Shown here: one piece after another, positions 10,886 through 20,277 of the stretch | Numbering within the stretch: position 1 is the first letter of the stretch | Layout of the letters: every line of letters starts with the position of its first letter | From: Candidatus Foliamicus sp. | Lineage (GTDB): Bacteria > Pseudomonadota > Gammaproteobacteria > Steroidobacterales > Foliamicaceae | NCBI GenBank assembly: GCA_965249285.1 | Contig: OZ252226.1 | Coordinates: forward strand, 1,256,068 to 1,320,067 | Direction of reading: 5' to 3' | Length of the DNA stretch: 64,000 nt | Made by a program: the position numbers and the translations under genes | The notes under the pieces: generated by a model | What the model saw: only the letters and a program-made list of their open reading frames with translations | The model's database searches: none | Told to the model about the DNA's origin: nothing

Positions 10886-10945
10886 GCTGGGAACGAGGGC
10901 TGGAAGCCCTCGTTCCCAGGGAGGGCAGGATGCCCTCGTTCCCAT
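10886..10945. repeat. REP-like element between the two hydrolase paralogues
   Basis: Sequence ctgggaacgagggctggaagccctcgttcccagggagggcaggatgccctcgttccca. Confidence 0.85.
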
Positions 10946-10951
10946 GGGTCA

Positions 10952-11797
10952 CTAGGAGGATCGGGCGGCGGCCAGGAACAGGTCGGCGCAAGCTTGCGGT
11001 TCCGTGACCATGGCGTCGTGGCCGGTCTTCAGTTCCTCGTAGCGCCATTCGGGGCTTTCCTGCGCGAATTTGGCGTGATTGTTCAGCCCGCTGCCCGGCA
11101 TTGAAGGTTCGGTGCAGTTGATGAAGGTGCATGGCACACCTTGTTCGCCTCCGTTTTCGAACCTGACCGGGTCCAGCCAACTCTTCAGCGGGTGCGGGGT
11201 AAGCCGGCGATTCACCCAGGCCAGCACGTCGGCCGGCTCCGTAGGAATCCCGAACCGTTCGCCGGCAAAGCCCACGACGTAGTTCCCGTCCGGCGCAATT
11301 CGACGAAGCCGCTCCTTGTCCGCGGCGACATCCTCAGCGCTGATGTCCCGGCGCGCCGTCAGCAGGCTTTCTCCGTTGCGCGGAATGATCGCGTCGAGGT
11401 AAACCAGGTGGCGCATGCGCGCCTTCTCCCGGTCCGCGACACCGGAAATCACCAAGCCACCGTAAGAATGACCCACCAGCACGACGTTCTCGAGTTCTTC
11501 CCAAATCAGGGTGTTGACGATATCCATGATGTGGGTCTCGAGTCCGATATCAGGGTGAAGCAAATGGGCCCGCTCGCCGCAGCCGGTAAGCGTCGGCGTA
11601 TAGACTCGATGACCCTGTTCCTGAAGGATTTCGCGCACGAATTTCCAGCACCAACCGCCGTGGCCGGTGCCATGAACCAGAACAAACAGCACACTTTCCT
11701 CGGATCGCTCATGCGCTACGGCGCCCTGCACCCCGGCCGCCGCAACGGCCGCCCCGATAAATGCTCTGCGTGTTGCGGGAGACATAGTCCTACTCAA
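10952..11797 (-). CDS. Alpha/beta hydrolase with a twin-arginine (Tat) signal peptide
   Basis: N-terminus MSRTMSPATRRAFIGAAVAAAGVQGAVA matches S/T-R-R-x-F. The remainder is paralogous to 10087-10830 (LFVLVHGTGHGGWCWKF, LVGHSYGG). It overlaps the upstream permease stop by 8 nt. Confidence 0.85.
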   Translation of the reverse strand: MSRTMSPATRRAFIGAAVAAAGVQGAVAHERSEESVLFVLVHGTGHGGWCWKFVREILQEQGHRVYTPTLTGCGERAHLLHPDIGLETHIMDIVNTLIWEELENVVLVGHSYGGLVISGVADREKARMRHLVYLDAIIPRNGESLLTARRDISAEDVAADKERLRRIAPDGNYVVGFAGERFGIPTEPADVLAWVNRRLTPHPLKSWLDPVRFENGGEQGVPCTFINCTEPSMPGSGLNNHAKFAQESPEWRYEELKTGHDAMVTEPQACADLFLAAARSS

Positions 11798-13244
11798 CCT
11801 CCGCGCGGCGGCGACTAGCCAGCCACGTTACCACCAGCCCGGCCTGCAGCCAGGCCGAAATCGCGCCGATGATCAAGTTGCCGGTCGCCTCGGCTGTCGC
11901 AATCGGGGAGAACAATATGTAAAGCTCAAACCCTCCCACGGCAGCATCGGAGCCGTTCAAGGCGCCGGGCACGAACAGCCCCAGCACCAGCCAGGATGCC
12001 AACGCAGCCAATTCAGGCCAGCGGCGGACCCGGCTCAACAGCACCAGGAAAAGTATCCCCATGTCCCGCACAAGGAACCCCAGCAGGCTGACGGCCCAGA
12101 AATTCTGTTGCATATAGCCGAGTTCTGCATCCGTTGAGAACAAACCCGAAATCAGGTGCACTACGACGGTAGCGGCCGCCAGAAGCAGAATCAGCAGCCA
12201 GGCCGGTGCAGCTCTCAGGCTGGGAGCAGCCAGGAATTCACGGGCCCTTCTCCGGTCCACGCGTTCAGCCACCCCCCATAAGTACGCGATTGCGACCAGT
12301 ATCAGAAGCAATGCCGCGATACCTGTCCGCCCGGGGCCGTAACCCGCTTCAATCAATGTTAAACCCCCGCCGCCGCCCGCTGCGCCTCCCATCGCATAGG
12401 CCATACCGGCCCACCAAAGCCCGACACCAAGTCCAACCACCACAGCCTCTACGGCAAAGCGGCCCCTGCTCAGGGTCTCGCGCGCGGCGCACCAGCACCA
12501 GCATGCCGCCATTGCCACGAACAGGAGCCCGCTTACCGCCCAGAAGGCGTCGCTGTCCACCGGCAAAATGCCGAACCAAAAGGGCGTTACATCGGTCTTA
12601 AACGCGAACGGCCCGGTCAGCGTTTGCCGCAAAACCATCAGCGGGCCGCTCAACAGCAAGGCCAGCAGGATCGCGACCACAAAGGAGCGCCCCCGGGCCG
12701 CCTTCGACCGATCGCAATTGCGGATCGCCAGAGCCAGGGCGAGGAAGCGCGCGAACAGATTGGCGCAGACCATCAGCCAGGCGTCAAGAGGAAAACCCGA
12801 CCGCTTGCGCTGCATCATCTCCTCAACCTGCTCGGCCGGTATCCCCGGCCCTATGTTCACCAGGATTTCGGACGGCATGTATACGCCCAACCCCCAGCAG
12901 ACCAGGGCGCAAAGCGCCGCCAGGTCGGTCAAGGCGGTGGCGCCGAAAGCCTTGCCCAGCATCAACTGGGTCGAGCTCAACGCGCTCATGCGCTGACGTT
13001 GCCAGGTGTGGCGGGTATGTTCTTCCGCTATCGCGCCCACGATTCGGATGGGCGTAACCACAAAGCTGAAGATTCCGAAAGCAAGCGCCCCGACATTCCC
13101 CACGGCGCTCCAATCCCAGGCGAGCTGGATACACCAGGCCACACCCAGCGACAGGAGCAGCGTTATCGCCAGGCGCAAGCGGGTGGCTTCGGCTCGCCAG
13201 CCCCGCAACAGCTCCGGATTCAGGCGGGCCAGGAGTTCAGTCAT
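11790..13244 (-). CDS. Polytopic membrane protein, probable permease partner of the upstream ABC ATPase
   Basis: I chose the start at MTELLARLNPELL (13244), which overlaps the ATPase stop. The sequence is very hydrophobic with many predicted TM helices. No specific family was recognised. Confidence 0.65.
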   Translation of the reverse strand: MTELLARLNPELLRGWRAEATRLRLAITLLLSLGVAWCIQLAWDWSAVGNVGALAFGIFSFVVTPIRIVGAIAEEHTRHTWQRQRMSALSSTQLMLGKAFGATALTDLAALCALVCWGLGVYMPSEILVNIGPGIPAEQVEEMMQRKRSGFPLDAWLMVCANLFARFLALALAIRNCDRSKAARGRSFVVAILLALLLSGPLMVLRQTLTGPFAFKTDVTPFWFGILPVDSDAFWAVSGLLFVAMAACWCWCAARETLSRGRFAVEAVVVGLGVGLWWAGMAYAMGGAAGGGGGLTLIEAGYGPGRTGIAALLLILVAIAYLWGVAERVDRRRAREFLAAPSLRAAPAWLLILLLAAATVVVHLISGLFSTDAELGYMQQNFWAVSLLGFLVRDMGILFLVLLSRVRRWPELAALASWLVLGLFVPGALNGSDAAVGGFELYILFSPIATAEATGNLIIGAISAWLQAGLVVTWLASRRRAEVE

Positions 13245-13980
13245 TGCTTCCCCCACGGGCCTGTTCGCGCAATTCGTGATATACGTCGCGCAGGCTGCCC
13301 GGTGACAATCCACTGCGTTGCGGAAGCGTTGCACCTTCCTGCATCACCACCAGGTCGGTGGCATATTCCTCCAGTTCGGCCAGGATGTGCGACGAAACCA
13401 GGATTGAACGGCCCTCATCGCCCAGCTTCCCGAGCCTCGCGGCCAGTTGCTCCCGGTGATCGGGATCCAGTCCCGACGCGGGCTCGTCGAGCAGCAGCAG
13501 CGGAGGATGGGAAACTTCCACTTCGGCGATGGCGAGCAACTGCCGCTGGCCGCGCGACAGCGAGTCCAGCTCCTTGTCCAAGAGGTTCGCGACCATACAC
13601 TCTTCGGCGACCTGTTCGATTGTTTCGGTGCGCGCGGCCGGAGAAAGCAACTCCGGAAAAGCGCGTGCCCGGGACTGCGCTGCATATTCCATGCTTTGGC
13701 GCGCGGTCAATCCGGAATACAGCCCGTAGTGCTCCGAGAGGAACCCGGTCTGCGCCCGATGCCGGCGCAAATCGTCGTGAACGTCGACACCCTCCCGGCC
13801 GATGGAACCTGCCTGCGGTTCAAACAGGCCCGCAAGGCAGTGGATCAGCGTAGTTTTGCCGGCCCCGTTGGGGCCGACCAGGGCGACGATACTCCCGGGC
13901 GCGACTTGCACCCTGGCATTGTGTACAGCGGGTTGAGCCTGGCCCCAATAGCTGTATGTAATATCTTTCGCTACCAGCAT
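13237..13980 (-). CDS. ABC transporter ATP-binding protein
   Basis: Walker A GPNGAGKTT, signature LSRGQRQLL and Walker B LLLLDEPASGLD. Confidence 0.9.
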   Translation of the reverse strand: MLVAKDITYSYWGQAQPAVHNARVQVAPGSIVALVGPNGAGKTTLIHCLAGLFEPQAGSIGREGVDVHDDLRRHRAQTGFLSEHYGLYSGLTARQSMEYAAQSRARAFPELLSPAARTETIEQVAEECMVANLLDKELDSLSRGQRQLLAIAEVEVSHPPLLLLDEPASGLDPDHREQLAARLGKLGDEGRSILVSSHILAELEEYATDLVVMQEGATLPQRSGLSPGSLRDVYHELREQARGGSND

Positions 13981-14011
13981 CTACAAACGTCAGTCCAGGA
14001 ATCCTGCGGGA

Positions 14012-14150
14012 CTTGCATGGAACAACGCTGGGAACGGGGGTGAGAACTTTCATGGAACCGGAACGACGGCGTCCCGCCCTCGGCGACGGCAGCATGCCCT
14101 CGTTCCATTGTTTCCTGCACGCCAGCGCAACGGCCCCCCGCTGTGAATAC
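14012..14150. repeat. Degenerate composite REP-like element
   Basis: Sequence cttgcatggaacaacgctgggaacggggg ... gcagcatgccctcgttcca ... tttcctgcacgccagcgcaacgg. These are recognisable but eroded copies of modules C, A and B. Confidence 0.6.
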
Positions 14151-14174
14151 TTCAAAGGCCATTCGCGAAAACGG

Positions 14175-16028
14175 CTACTGTACTGAGCACTCTGCGCACA
14201 GGTAATAGTAGCCGCGCGGATCGTTGAACAGCGCCAGTCGTTCCAGCTCCGTGTTGATGACCCGGCGTGCCTGCTGCACGGTGTCCATGAACCGGTCCGG
14301 CTCGGCGCGAAGACCAAGCCGATACTTCAGCCGGGCCCAGCGTACCTGCAGGAAGTCGTTTAAGCCGGTAAAGAAGGGCCGCTTGCGTTTAATGCGCTTC
14401 GTCCCATACTTCCCCTCCTCCAGACCGGCCAGCGCAGCGGCGCTGGCGATCGCGTCTTCCAGGGTGCCCAGGCTATCCACCAGGTTCAGGGATGCGGCAT
14501 CCGTGCCGGCCCAGACTCGCCCACGGCCAATTGCGTCCACTTCCTCAAAGGTCATGGCCCGCCCCAGCGAGACGTGGCCCACGAATCGATCGTAGACTCG
14601 GTCGACCTGCGCCGTTATTTGTCTGCGGGCATCGTCTTGCAGGTCCCTGCCCTCAAGCATGAGTCCCGACAGCGGGGTTGTTCCCAGGCCGTCCTGGGAA
14701 AAACCAATACGTTCAAATAGTAGTGGCGCCGTAAGAGCTAACGTTCCGACTCCGATCGATCCCGTTATGGTGCCTGGATAGGCCCAGATTTCGTCGGCCT
14801 CGGCCGCGACGTAGTAACCACCGGAAGCCGCCACGCTGCTCATCGATACCACGACCGGCTTGCCGGCTTCGGAAACGGTCGACACTGCAGCCGAGACCAC
14901 CTCGGACGCAAAAGCGCTTCCCCCCGTACTGTCGACCTGCAACACCAGGGCTTGCATGGATTCGTCCTCCGCGGCGTGGCGCACCAGCTTGGCGATGCTG
15001 TCACCGGCGGCCGTACCAGGACCCGCGCTGCCGTCGGTAATCGAGCCGACAACCGCAACGACCGCAACATTGTTGTCGTCATCCTTGTACGGAGGGTTCT
15101 CCCGGTCGGCCGTCTCAAGATAGCCAGCAAAGGGAACCTTGTTGTAGTCCCCATCTTCAGGGTCGCCGAAGCGTTCTTCCATGTATTCGGAAAACGTCTC
15201 CTCGTTGTAAATCGCGTCTACCAGGCCGGCCTCCACCTGTAGATTCGCAAGGTCGCCCCCAGCTTCCTCCAGGGTTTGCGTCAGGCCCGCCGCATACTGA
15301 TCCAATGCATCCGGAGCAAGCCCGCGTGCCTCAATAACCTCACGCTGGTACTCGCCCCATAGAACCCCCAGCCACTGTTCCGCGCTCCGGCGGTCCTCGT
15401 CCGACATGTTGCTGCGGAAATAGGGCTCCAGGAACGACTTGTATTCGCCTACGCGGAAAATATGCACATCGACGCCGAGTTTCTTGAATGCATCGCCGTA
15501 GTAGTAACCCCATCGTCCGTAGCCACGAATGTCCACGCCGCCCAGGTCATGCACGAACACCTCGTCGGCTTGCGCCGCAAGCAGGTAATCGGACTGGCTG
15601 TAAAAGCGGGCGTAGCTGATCATCGGCTTTCCCGATTCCCGGAACTTGCGCATCGCGGCGGCGATGTCCTGAAGCTTGGTAAAACCGCCGCCCGCAAGAT
15701 TCTCGGTATCCACCAGCACAGCGGTAATTCGATCGTCCTCAGCAGCGTGCTCAAGCGCCCGCACCACGTCCCGCACCAATGTCTCGGGTGGCGGCTCACC
15801 ACTCATGCGCTGCAATTCCAAGTCGAGCTCCCCGGCCTTGAGTTCATGCACCAATACGCCCGAAGGATTCAACAGTAGAACGCTGCCCGGCGTGATCTTC
15901 ACCGGAGACTTGCCTGATCCCAGCGCTGCAAGAATCATCACAAACACGAAAATCATCAGGACCAGGTGTATGACCTTGCGGAAACCGTCTACACCCGCCC
16001 AAAGGAACCCAAAGAATTTCTTTACCAC
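14175..16028 (-). CDS. sppA: Signal peptide peptidase SppA, 67K type (two tandem S49 domains)
   Basis: 617 aa with an N-terminal TM anchor. The two S49 halves carry GGFTKL.. and ASGGYYVAAEADEIWAYPGTITGSIGV. Confidence 0.9.
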   Translation of the reverse strand: MVKKFFGFLWAGVDGFRKVIHLVLMIFVFVMILAALGSGKSPVKITPGSVLLLNPSGVLVHELKAGELDLELQRMSGEPPPETLVRDVVRALEHAAEDDRITAVLVDTENLAGGGFTKLQDIAAAMRKFRESGKPMISYARFYSQSDYLLAAQADEVFVHDLGGVDIRGYGRWGYYYGDAFKKLGVDVHIFRVGEYKSFLEPYFRSNMSDEDRRSAEQWLGVLWGEYQREVIEARGLAPDALDQYAAGLTQTLEEAGGDLANLQVEAGLVDAIYNEETFSEYMEERFGDPEDGDYNKVPFAGYLETADRENPPYKDDDNNVAVVAVVGSITDGSAGPGTAAGDSIAKLVRHAAEDESMQALVLQVDSTGGSAFASEVVSAAVSTVSEAGKPVVVSMSSVAASGGYYVAAEADEIWAYPGTITGSIGVGTLALTAPLLFERIGFSQDGLGTTPLSGLMLEGRDLQDDARRQITAQVDRVYDRFVGHVSLGRAMTFEEVDAIGRGRVWAGTDAASLNLVDSLGTLEDAIASAAALAGLEEGKYGTKRIKRKRPFFTGLNDFLQVRWARLKYRLGLRAEPDRFMDTVQQARRVINTELERLALFNDPRGYYYLCAECSVQ

Positions 16029-16106
16029 GATTGCTTTCTCCTGAATTTGTTGCGGCGCCTGTTGTTCGAAGGCGAATAGTGTACGGCATCGCGCCTTTCA
16101 GCTACG

Positions 16107-16343
16107 AGTTTTCGCAGCGGGCGCCGCTACGCTGACGCGCAGGGAACCATGGAGCGAGGGTATCTTGCCCTCGTGGAGGGCCAGCTCCCCGACCCTGATC
16201 GGGGAGCTGGAAGCCTCCTCCCCAGGAAGTTGTCGCCCCCGTTCCGGCGGCGCTGACGCCCTCGGAACACGCCCTGGGAACGAGGACATCCTGTCCTCGA
16301 GGAGGGCTGGAAGCCCTCCTCCCCAGGTTGTTCCATGCAAGCG
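16107..16343. repeat. Largest REP cluster in the window (modules B, A, variant A, A, C)
   Basis: Sequence gagttttcgcagcgggcgccgctacgctgacgcgcagggaac + gagcgagggtatcttgccctcg.. + ggggagctggaagcctcctcccc + ctgggaacgaggacatcctgtcctcgaggagggctggaagccctcctcccc + aggttgttccatgcaagcg. Confidence 0.85.
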
Positions 16344-16364
16344 CTGTTTGCAAGCCGTTTCCGA

Positions 16365-17465
16365 TCAATTTCCGCTGTATCGCACGCGGTAAACCACGCC
16401 GCGATGGTCGTCGCTGATCAGCAGGTTCCCAGCGCCATCCACCAATACGTACGCAGGCCTGCCGAGCGTTTCCTCGCCGCTCAGCCAACCCTCGGCAAAC
16501 GGCTCGTAGCTCACCACCTCATCGCCCTCTAGCTCGAGCATCATCACCCGGTAGCCGATCTTCTCGCTGCGGTTCCAGCTGCCGTGCTCGGCAATGAACA
16601 AGCGCCCCTTGTACTCGGACGGAAAAGCCTCGCCGGTATAGAACGCAAGGCCGACCGGCGCCACGTGCGGTCCCAGCTCCTGCGCCGGGGGAGTTGCCGC
16701 GGCGCATTCGCCCAGGTCGGCCCACTGCGGGTCCGGATCGGCAATGTCGGTACCGTGGCAGAACGGGAAACCGAAGTGCATCCCGGAGCGCGGCGCATGA
16801 TTGAGCTCGCAGGGCGGAATATCGTCGCCCAGCAGATCGCGGCCGTTGTCGGTAAACCATAGCTCGCCCGTCTCCGGGTGCCACGCCAGGCCTACGCTGT
16901 TGCGCACCCCGCGCGCCCAGACCTCCCGCTCCCCGCCCTGCGGCGGAATCCGGTCAATCGTGGCGTGCATGGCGCAAACGTTGCAGGGCGCGCCCTGGGC
17001 AACATACAGCCAACCATCGGGCGCAAAGCCCATGGCGCGCCAGCCATGGTGCCTGTCCGTGGGCATTCCGTCATGAAAAACCTTCGGAGAATTGCGCTGA
17101 CCCAAAAGCTCTTCGACGTTCTCGTATTCCAGGATGCGATGCACTTCGGCCACGAACAGCGAAGAACCCCGCACCGCCACCCCGTTCGGGCTGATAAGAC
17201 GCGACGCCAGATCGATGACTTCCTGGTTCGGCCCGCCGGGATCGCGCACTGCGTAAACCTTACCCACGGTGCGCGTGCCGATGAACAGCGTGCCGTTCTC
17301 TCCGATGGCAAGTCCACGGGCGTTCTTTACGCCCGTTACGTATTCCTCGATCTCGAAGCCGTCCGGCAAACGAATGGCGCCAAGGTCAAAATCGGCCCGG
17401 GCCTGACCGGCGCCGACGAACAGTACAGTCAGTACGAGGAGAGCAAGAGTTATTTTCGGTTTCAT
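16365..17465 (-). CDS. PQQ-dependent sugar (glucose/sorbosone) dehydrogenase family beta-propeller protein, secreted
   Basis: Start at MKPKITLALLVLTVLFVGAGQARA (signal peptide); the ATG overlaps the dctM stop as ATGA. Typical segments are FGFPFCHG and AEHGSWNRS. Confidence 0.8.
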   Translation of the reverse strand: MKPKITLALLVLTVLFVGAGQARADFDLGAIRLPDGFEIEEYVTGVKNARGLAIGENGTLFIGTRTVGKVYAVRDPGGPNQEVIDLASRLISPNGVAVRGSSLFVAEVHRILEYENVEELLGQRNSPKVFHDGMPTDRHHGWRAMGFAPDGWLYVAQGAPCNVCAMHATIDRIPPQGGEREVWARGVRNSVGLAWHPETGELWFTDNGRDLLGDDIPPCELNHAPRSGMHFGFPFCHGTDIADPDPQWADLGECAAATPPAQELGPHVAPVGLAFYTGEAFPSEYKGRLFIAEHGSWNRSEKIGYRVMMLELEGDEVVSYEPFAEGWLSGEETLGRPAYVLVDGAGNLLISDDHRGVVYRVRYSGN

Positions 17466-18715
17466 ATTCCAATCATCCAAAGAGAAAGCGAGGGCCAGAA
17501 GGCGATCAGCAGCACTGCTGCCATGAGCACCAGCAGGAACGGCAAGCTGGCCAGATATACGCGCACGATCGGCTGCTCGAACCTGTAACTGGCAATAAAC
17601 AGATTCAGACCCACCGGGGGCGTGAGGTAACCGAGTTGCATGGTCGCCAGGAATACGATGCCTAAATGAACCGGATGCACGCCGAATTGGGCGGCGATCG
17701 GAAGGATCAGGGGCACTATCAGGACTATGGCGGAAAAGACGTCCAGGAAAGCGCCCAGGATCAGCAGGAATATCAGCAGGGCGACCATGAAGCCCAGCGG
17801 CCCGCTGACGTATTCGCCAATTACCGACAACAGGCGCTGAGGGATTTCGGCGTCGATTATCAGGTTGGTGGAAGCCAAAGAAACCGCCAGGATCAGCAGG
17901 ATCCCGCCTACCAGGGTCATGGAATCGCGCATGATCAGGGGCAGCCGCGCAAGTGGAATCGCCCGGCGGATAAAGACTTCAACAACAACCACGTACAGGG
18001 CCGTGACCGCCGCCGCTTCCGAGATCGCGAAATAACCCGAATAGATTCCGCCGAGGACAACAGCCGGCAGCGGCAGTTCCCATCCAGCCGCCTTGAGGGC
18101 GCCGGCGGCTTCGCGCCAATCAAAACTCGCCAGGGGCTGGCGCTCGCTGCGATTGACCCAAAGGCAGTACGCGGACAACAGGACAATCATGATCAGGCCC
18201 GGCAGCACTCCGGCCAGGAACAGGGAGTCGATCCGGGTCTCGGACACCACGCCGTACAGGATCAGCGGCAAGGACGGGGCGAACAACAGACCGAGGCTGC
18301 CGCCGGTCGTGACCAGCCCGAGGGAGAACCGTTCCGAGTATCGCGCCTGTTTCAGCGCCGGGTAGAGCAATGCGCCCATGGCGATGATGGTGATGCCGGA
18401 CGCGCCGGTGAATGCCGTAAACAACGCGCATACCGCCAGCGCGAATATCGCCAGTCCGCCCGGCATCCAGCCAAACAGCGCTTCGCTGAGGCGCACCAGC
18501 AGCTTCGGCGCAGGACTTTCCGCCAGCACGTAGCCGGCAAAGCAGAACAGGGGAATCGCGACCAGCGTCGGCAGGGTGGCCACGCCCAGAATCTCCACCG
18601 CGATGGATGCCAGGGGCACGTCGGCCCGCAAGTACCCCAGGATTGCGCCGCCGGCAATGATTGCAAACAGCGGTACGCCCACGACGGCCAGCAGGGCAAG
18701 AAGAATCCAGTGCAT
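17462..18715 (-). CDS. dctM: TRAP transporter large permease subunit
   Basis: Start taken at MHWILLALLAVVGVPLFAII, just after the dctQ stop. The sequence is a typical DctM polytopic protein. Confidence 0.9.
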   Translation of the reverse strand: MHWILLALLAVVGVPLFAIIAGGAILGYLRADVPLASIAVEILGVATLPTLVAIPLFCFAGYVLAESPAPKLLVRLSEALFGWMPGGLAIFALAVCALFTAFTGASGITIIAMGALLYPALKQARYSERFSLGLVTTGGSLGLLFAPSLPLILYGVVSETRIDSLFLAGVLPGLIMIVLLSAYCLWVNRSERQPLASFDWREAAGALKAAGWELPLPAVVLGGIYSGYFAISEAAAVTALYVVVVEVFIRRAIPLARLPLIMRDSMTLVGGILLILAVSLASTNLIIDAEIPQRLLSVIGEYVSGPLGFMVALLIFLLILGAFLDVFSAIVLIVPLILPIAAQFGVHPVHLGIVFLATMQLGYLTPPVGLNLFIASYRFEQPIVRVYLASLPFLLVLMAAVLLIAFWPSLSLWMIGI

Positions 18716-18720
18716 GCGTT

Positions 18721-19236
18721 TCAGGCGCCCTTTGTCATGACATCGGTGTTCGGTGCGCCTGCCATTCGCCCGAAACGCAGAAGTGAGACCATATGACTGC
18801 AATGGGCGCCGGCCATTACGGCAAAAGCTGCGGGCAGGATAGTTTCAAGGATCCAGCGGGGAACCCTGCCCAGGGTGGTCTCCCCATAGCCCATGGTGTC
18901 GATCCAGTAGGCCCCGGTAATGAACAAAAGCGCCAGGCACACGGTCATGGCGAACAACTGGGCCACGATCGCGGCCCATCGCCGGCCGGTATCCGAGAGC
19001 ACATGAGAGAGCGCATCAATCGTGATATGCCGGCTTCCGGCGCTGGCTGCGATGGCGCCCAACATCGCAATCCAGAGCACCAGCCACTCCAGCAGTTCCT
19101 CGCTATGAGGAATCGCCATGCGGAAGGCGTTGCGCCAAAGAATCTGCGCCGCCGCAACCACCAGCATGGCCGCCAGGCACAGGGCCAGCAGGCCTGTCAG
19201 CGCCCGTCCCGCAACCTTGCCCGCCCTGCCCAGCAC
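18721..19236 (-). CDS. dctQ: TRAP transporter small permease subunit
   Basis: 171 aa, four hydrophobic helices, located between dctP and dctM. Confidence 0.85.
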   Translation of the reverse strand: MLGRAGKVAGRALTGLLALCLAAMLVVAAAQILWRNAFRMAIPHSEELLEWLVLWIAMLGAIAASAGSRHITIDALSHVLSDTGRRWAAIVAQLFAMTVCLALLFITGAYWIDTMGYGETTLGRVPRWILETILPAAFAVMAGAHCSHMVSLLRFGRMAGAPNTDVMTKGA

Positions 19237-19251
19237 CGGCGCTAGATCGGT

Positions 19252-20277
19252 TTAGCCGGTACCTTGATCGGCGCGGAATTGCTCGAGCAATTCCATGATT
19301 TGCTTATGCAATTGCGGCGACATGCCTGCTCTCCGAACAATTTCCGGATAAATCCGCTCGAAAGCCTGTCGCCAATTCTGAACTTCCTCCTCGGAGAGCT
19401 CGAGATATTCCAGGCCGGATGTTCTCAGAGCCCTGCTGGCCTCGGCGTTCTCTTCAACATCCCGGCGGTCGAGCTGCGCCACCAAGCGCGAAAAGGATTC
19501 GCGCGCGATCGCCTGGTTCTCCTCAGAAAGCCTTGCGAACGCCCGGCTGTCCATCGCCAGCAGGCCGAACGCGAACACCACCGGAAAATCCGTCACATAA
19601 CGCAACCGCGTATGCCATTGCAGCAAAATCGCCCCGGAAGGCGGCGTCGCGATCACTTCCACGAGGCCCTGTTGCAACCCGATCAATACGTCGGAGATCG
19701 GCAGAGACACCGGCGCCAGGCCTACCGAACGCATTGCCTGCAGGGCAATCTTGTCGCCCTCCGGCACCCAGATTTTCAACCCGCGCGCATCCTCCAGCTT
19801 CACTATGGGCTTTTTCCGAGACATGATTCGGGCAAAGCCGAGGCTGCCGAAGCCGAAGGACTCAAAGCCCCGCTGACGCAGGCCTTCCGCGAAAATCGGG
19901 TCCAAATGCTCGCGGACGTAAAGCATTTCGTCCCTGGTATGGAACAGCAGCGGCAAACCGTACTGCAGCATTTCAGGATACCTGCCGGCCAGCGCGCTGG
20001 AGGCAAGAACCGCGCCGTGCAATTGACCGGTCCGGACCTTGCGCAAAACCCGCAAATCGTCACCCATCACTCCGCCGGGGTACAACTTGACCTTCACCTG
20101 CCCGCCCGTGCGTTCCGCTATCTCTGCAGCGGACGCCCGCATATCCCGCATCCATGCCGATCCCTCCGGCGCCACTGTGGCAATCTTGAGGGTTTGTGAC
20201 CAGGCCGGCCCCGCCACCAGCAGCGCGGCCAGCAACAGGGCGCCTCGGCGCTTCGTACCGAACCTAGAAGTAGTCAT
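19252..20277 (-). CDS. dctP: TRAP transporter substrate-binding protein (TatP/DctP-like)
   Basis: Start taken at [27 protein letters not shown] (signal peptide). The fold pattern is DctP-like and the operon context fits. Confidence 0.85.
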   Translation of the reverse strand: MTTSRFGTKRRGALLLAALLVAGPAWSQTLKIATVAPEGSAWMRDMRASAAEIAERTGGQVKVKLYPGGVMGDDLRVLRKVRTGQLHGAVLASSALAGRYPEMLQYGLPLLFHTRDEMLYVREHLDPIFAEGLRQRGFESFGFGSLGFARIMSRKKPIVKLEDARGLKIWVPEGDKIALQAMRSVGLAPVSLPISDVLIGLQQGLVEVIATPPSGAILLQWHTRLRYVTDFPVVFAFGLLAMDSRAFARLSEENQAIARESFSRLVAQLDRRDVEENAEASRALRTSGLEYLELSEEEVQNWRQAFERIYPEIVRRAGMSPQLHKQIMELLEQFRADQGTG

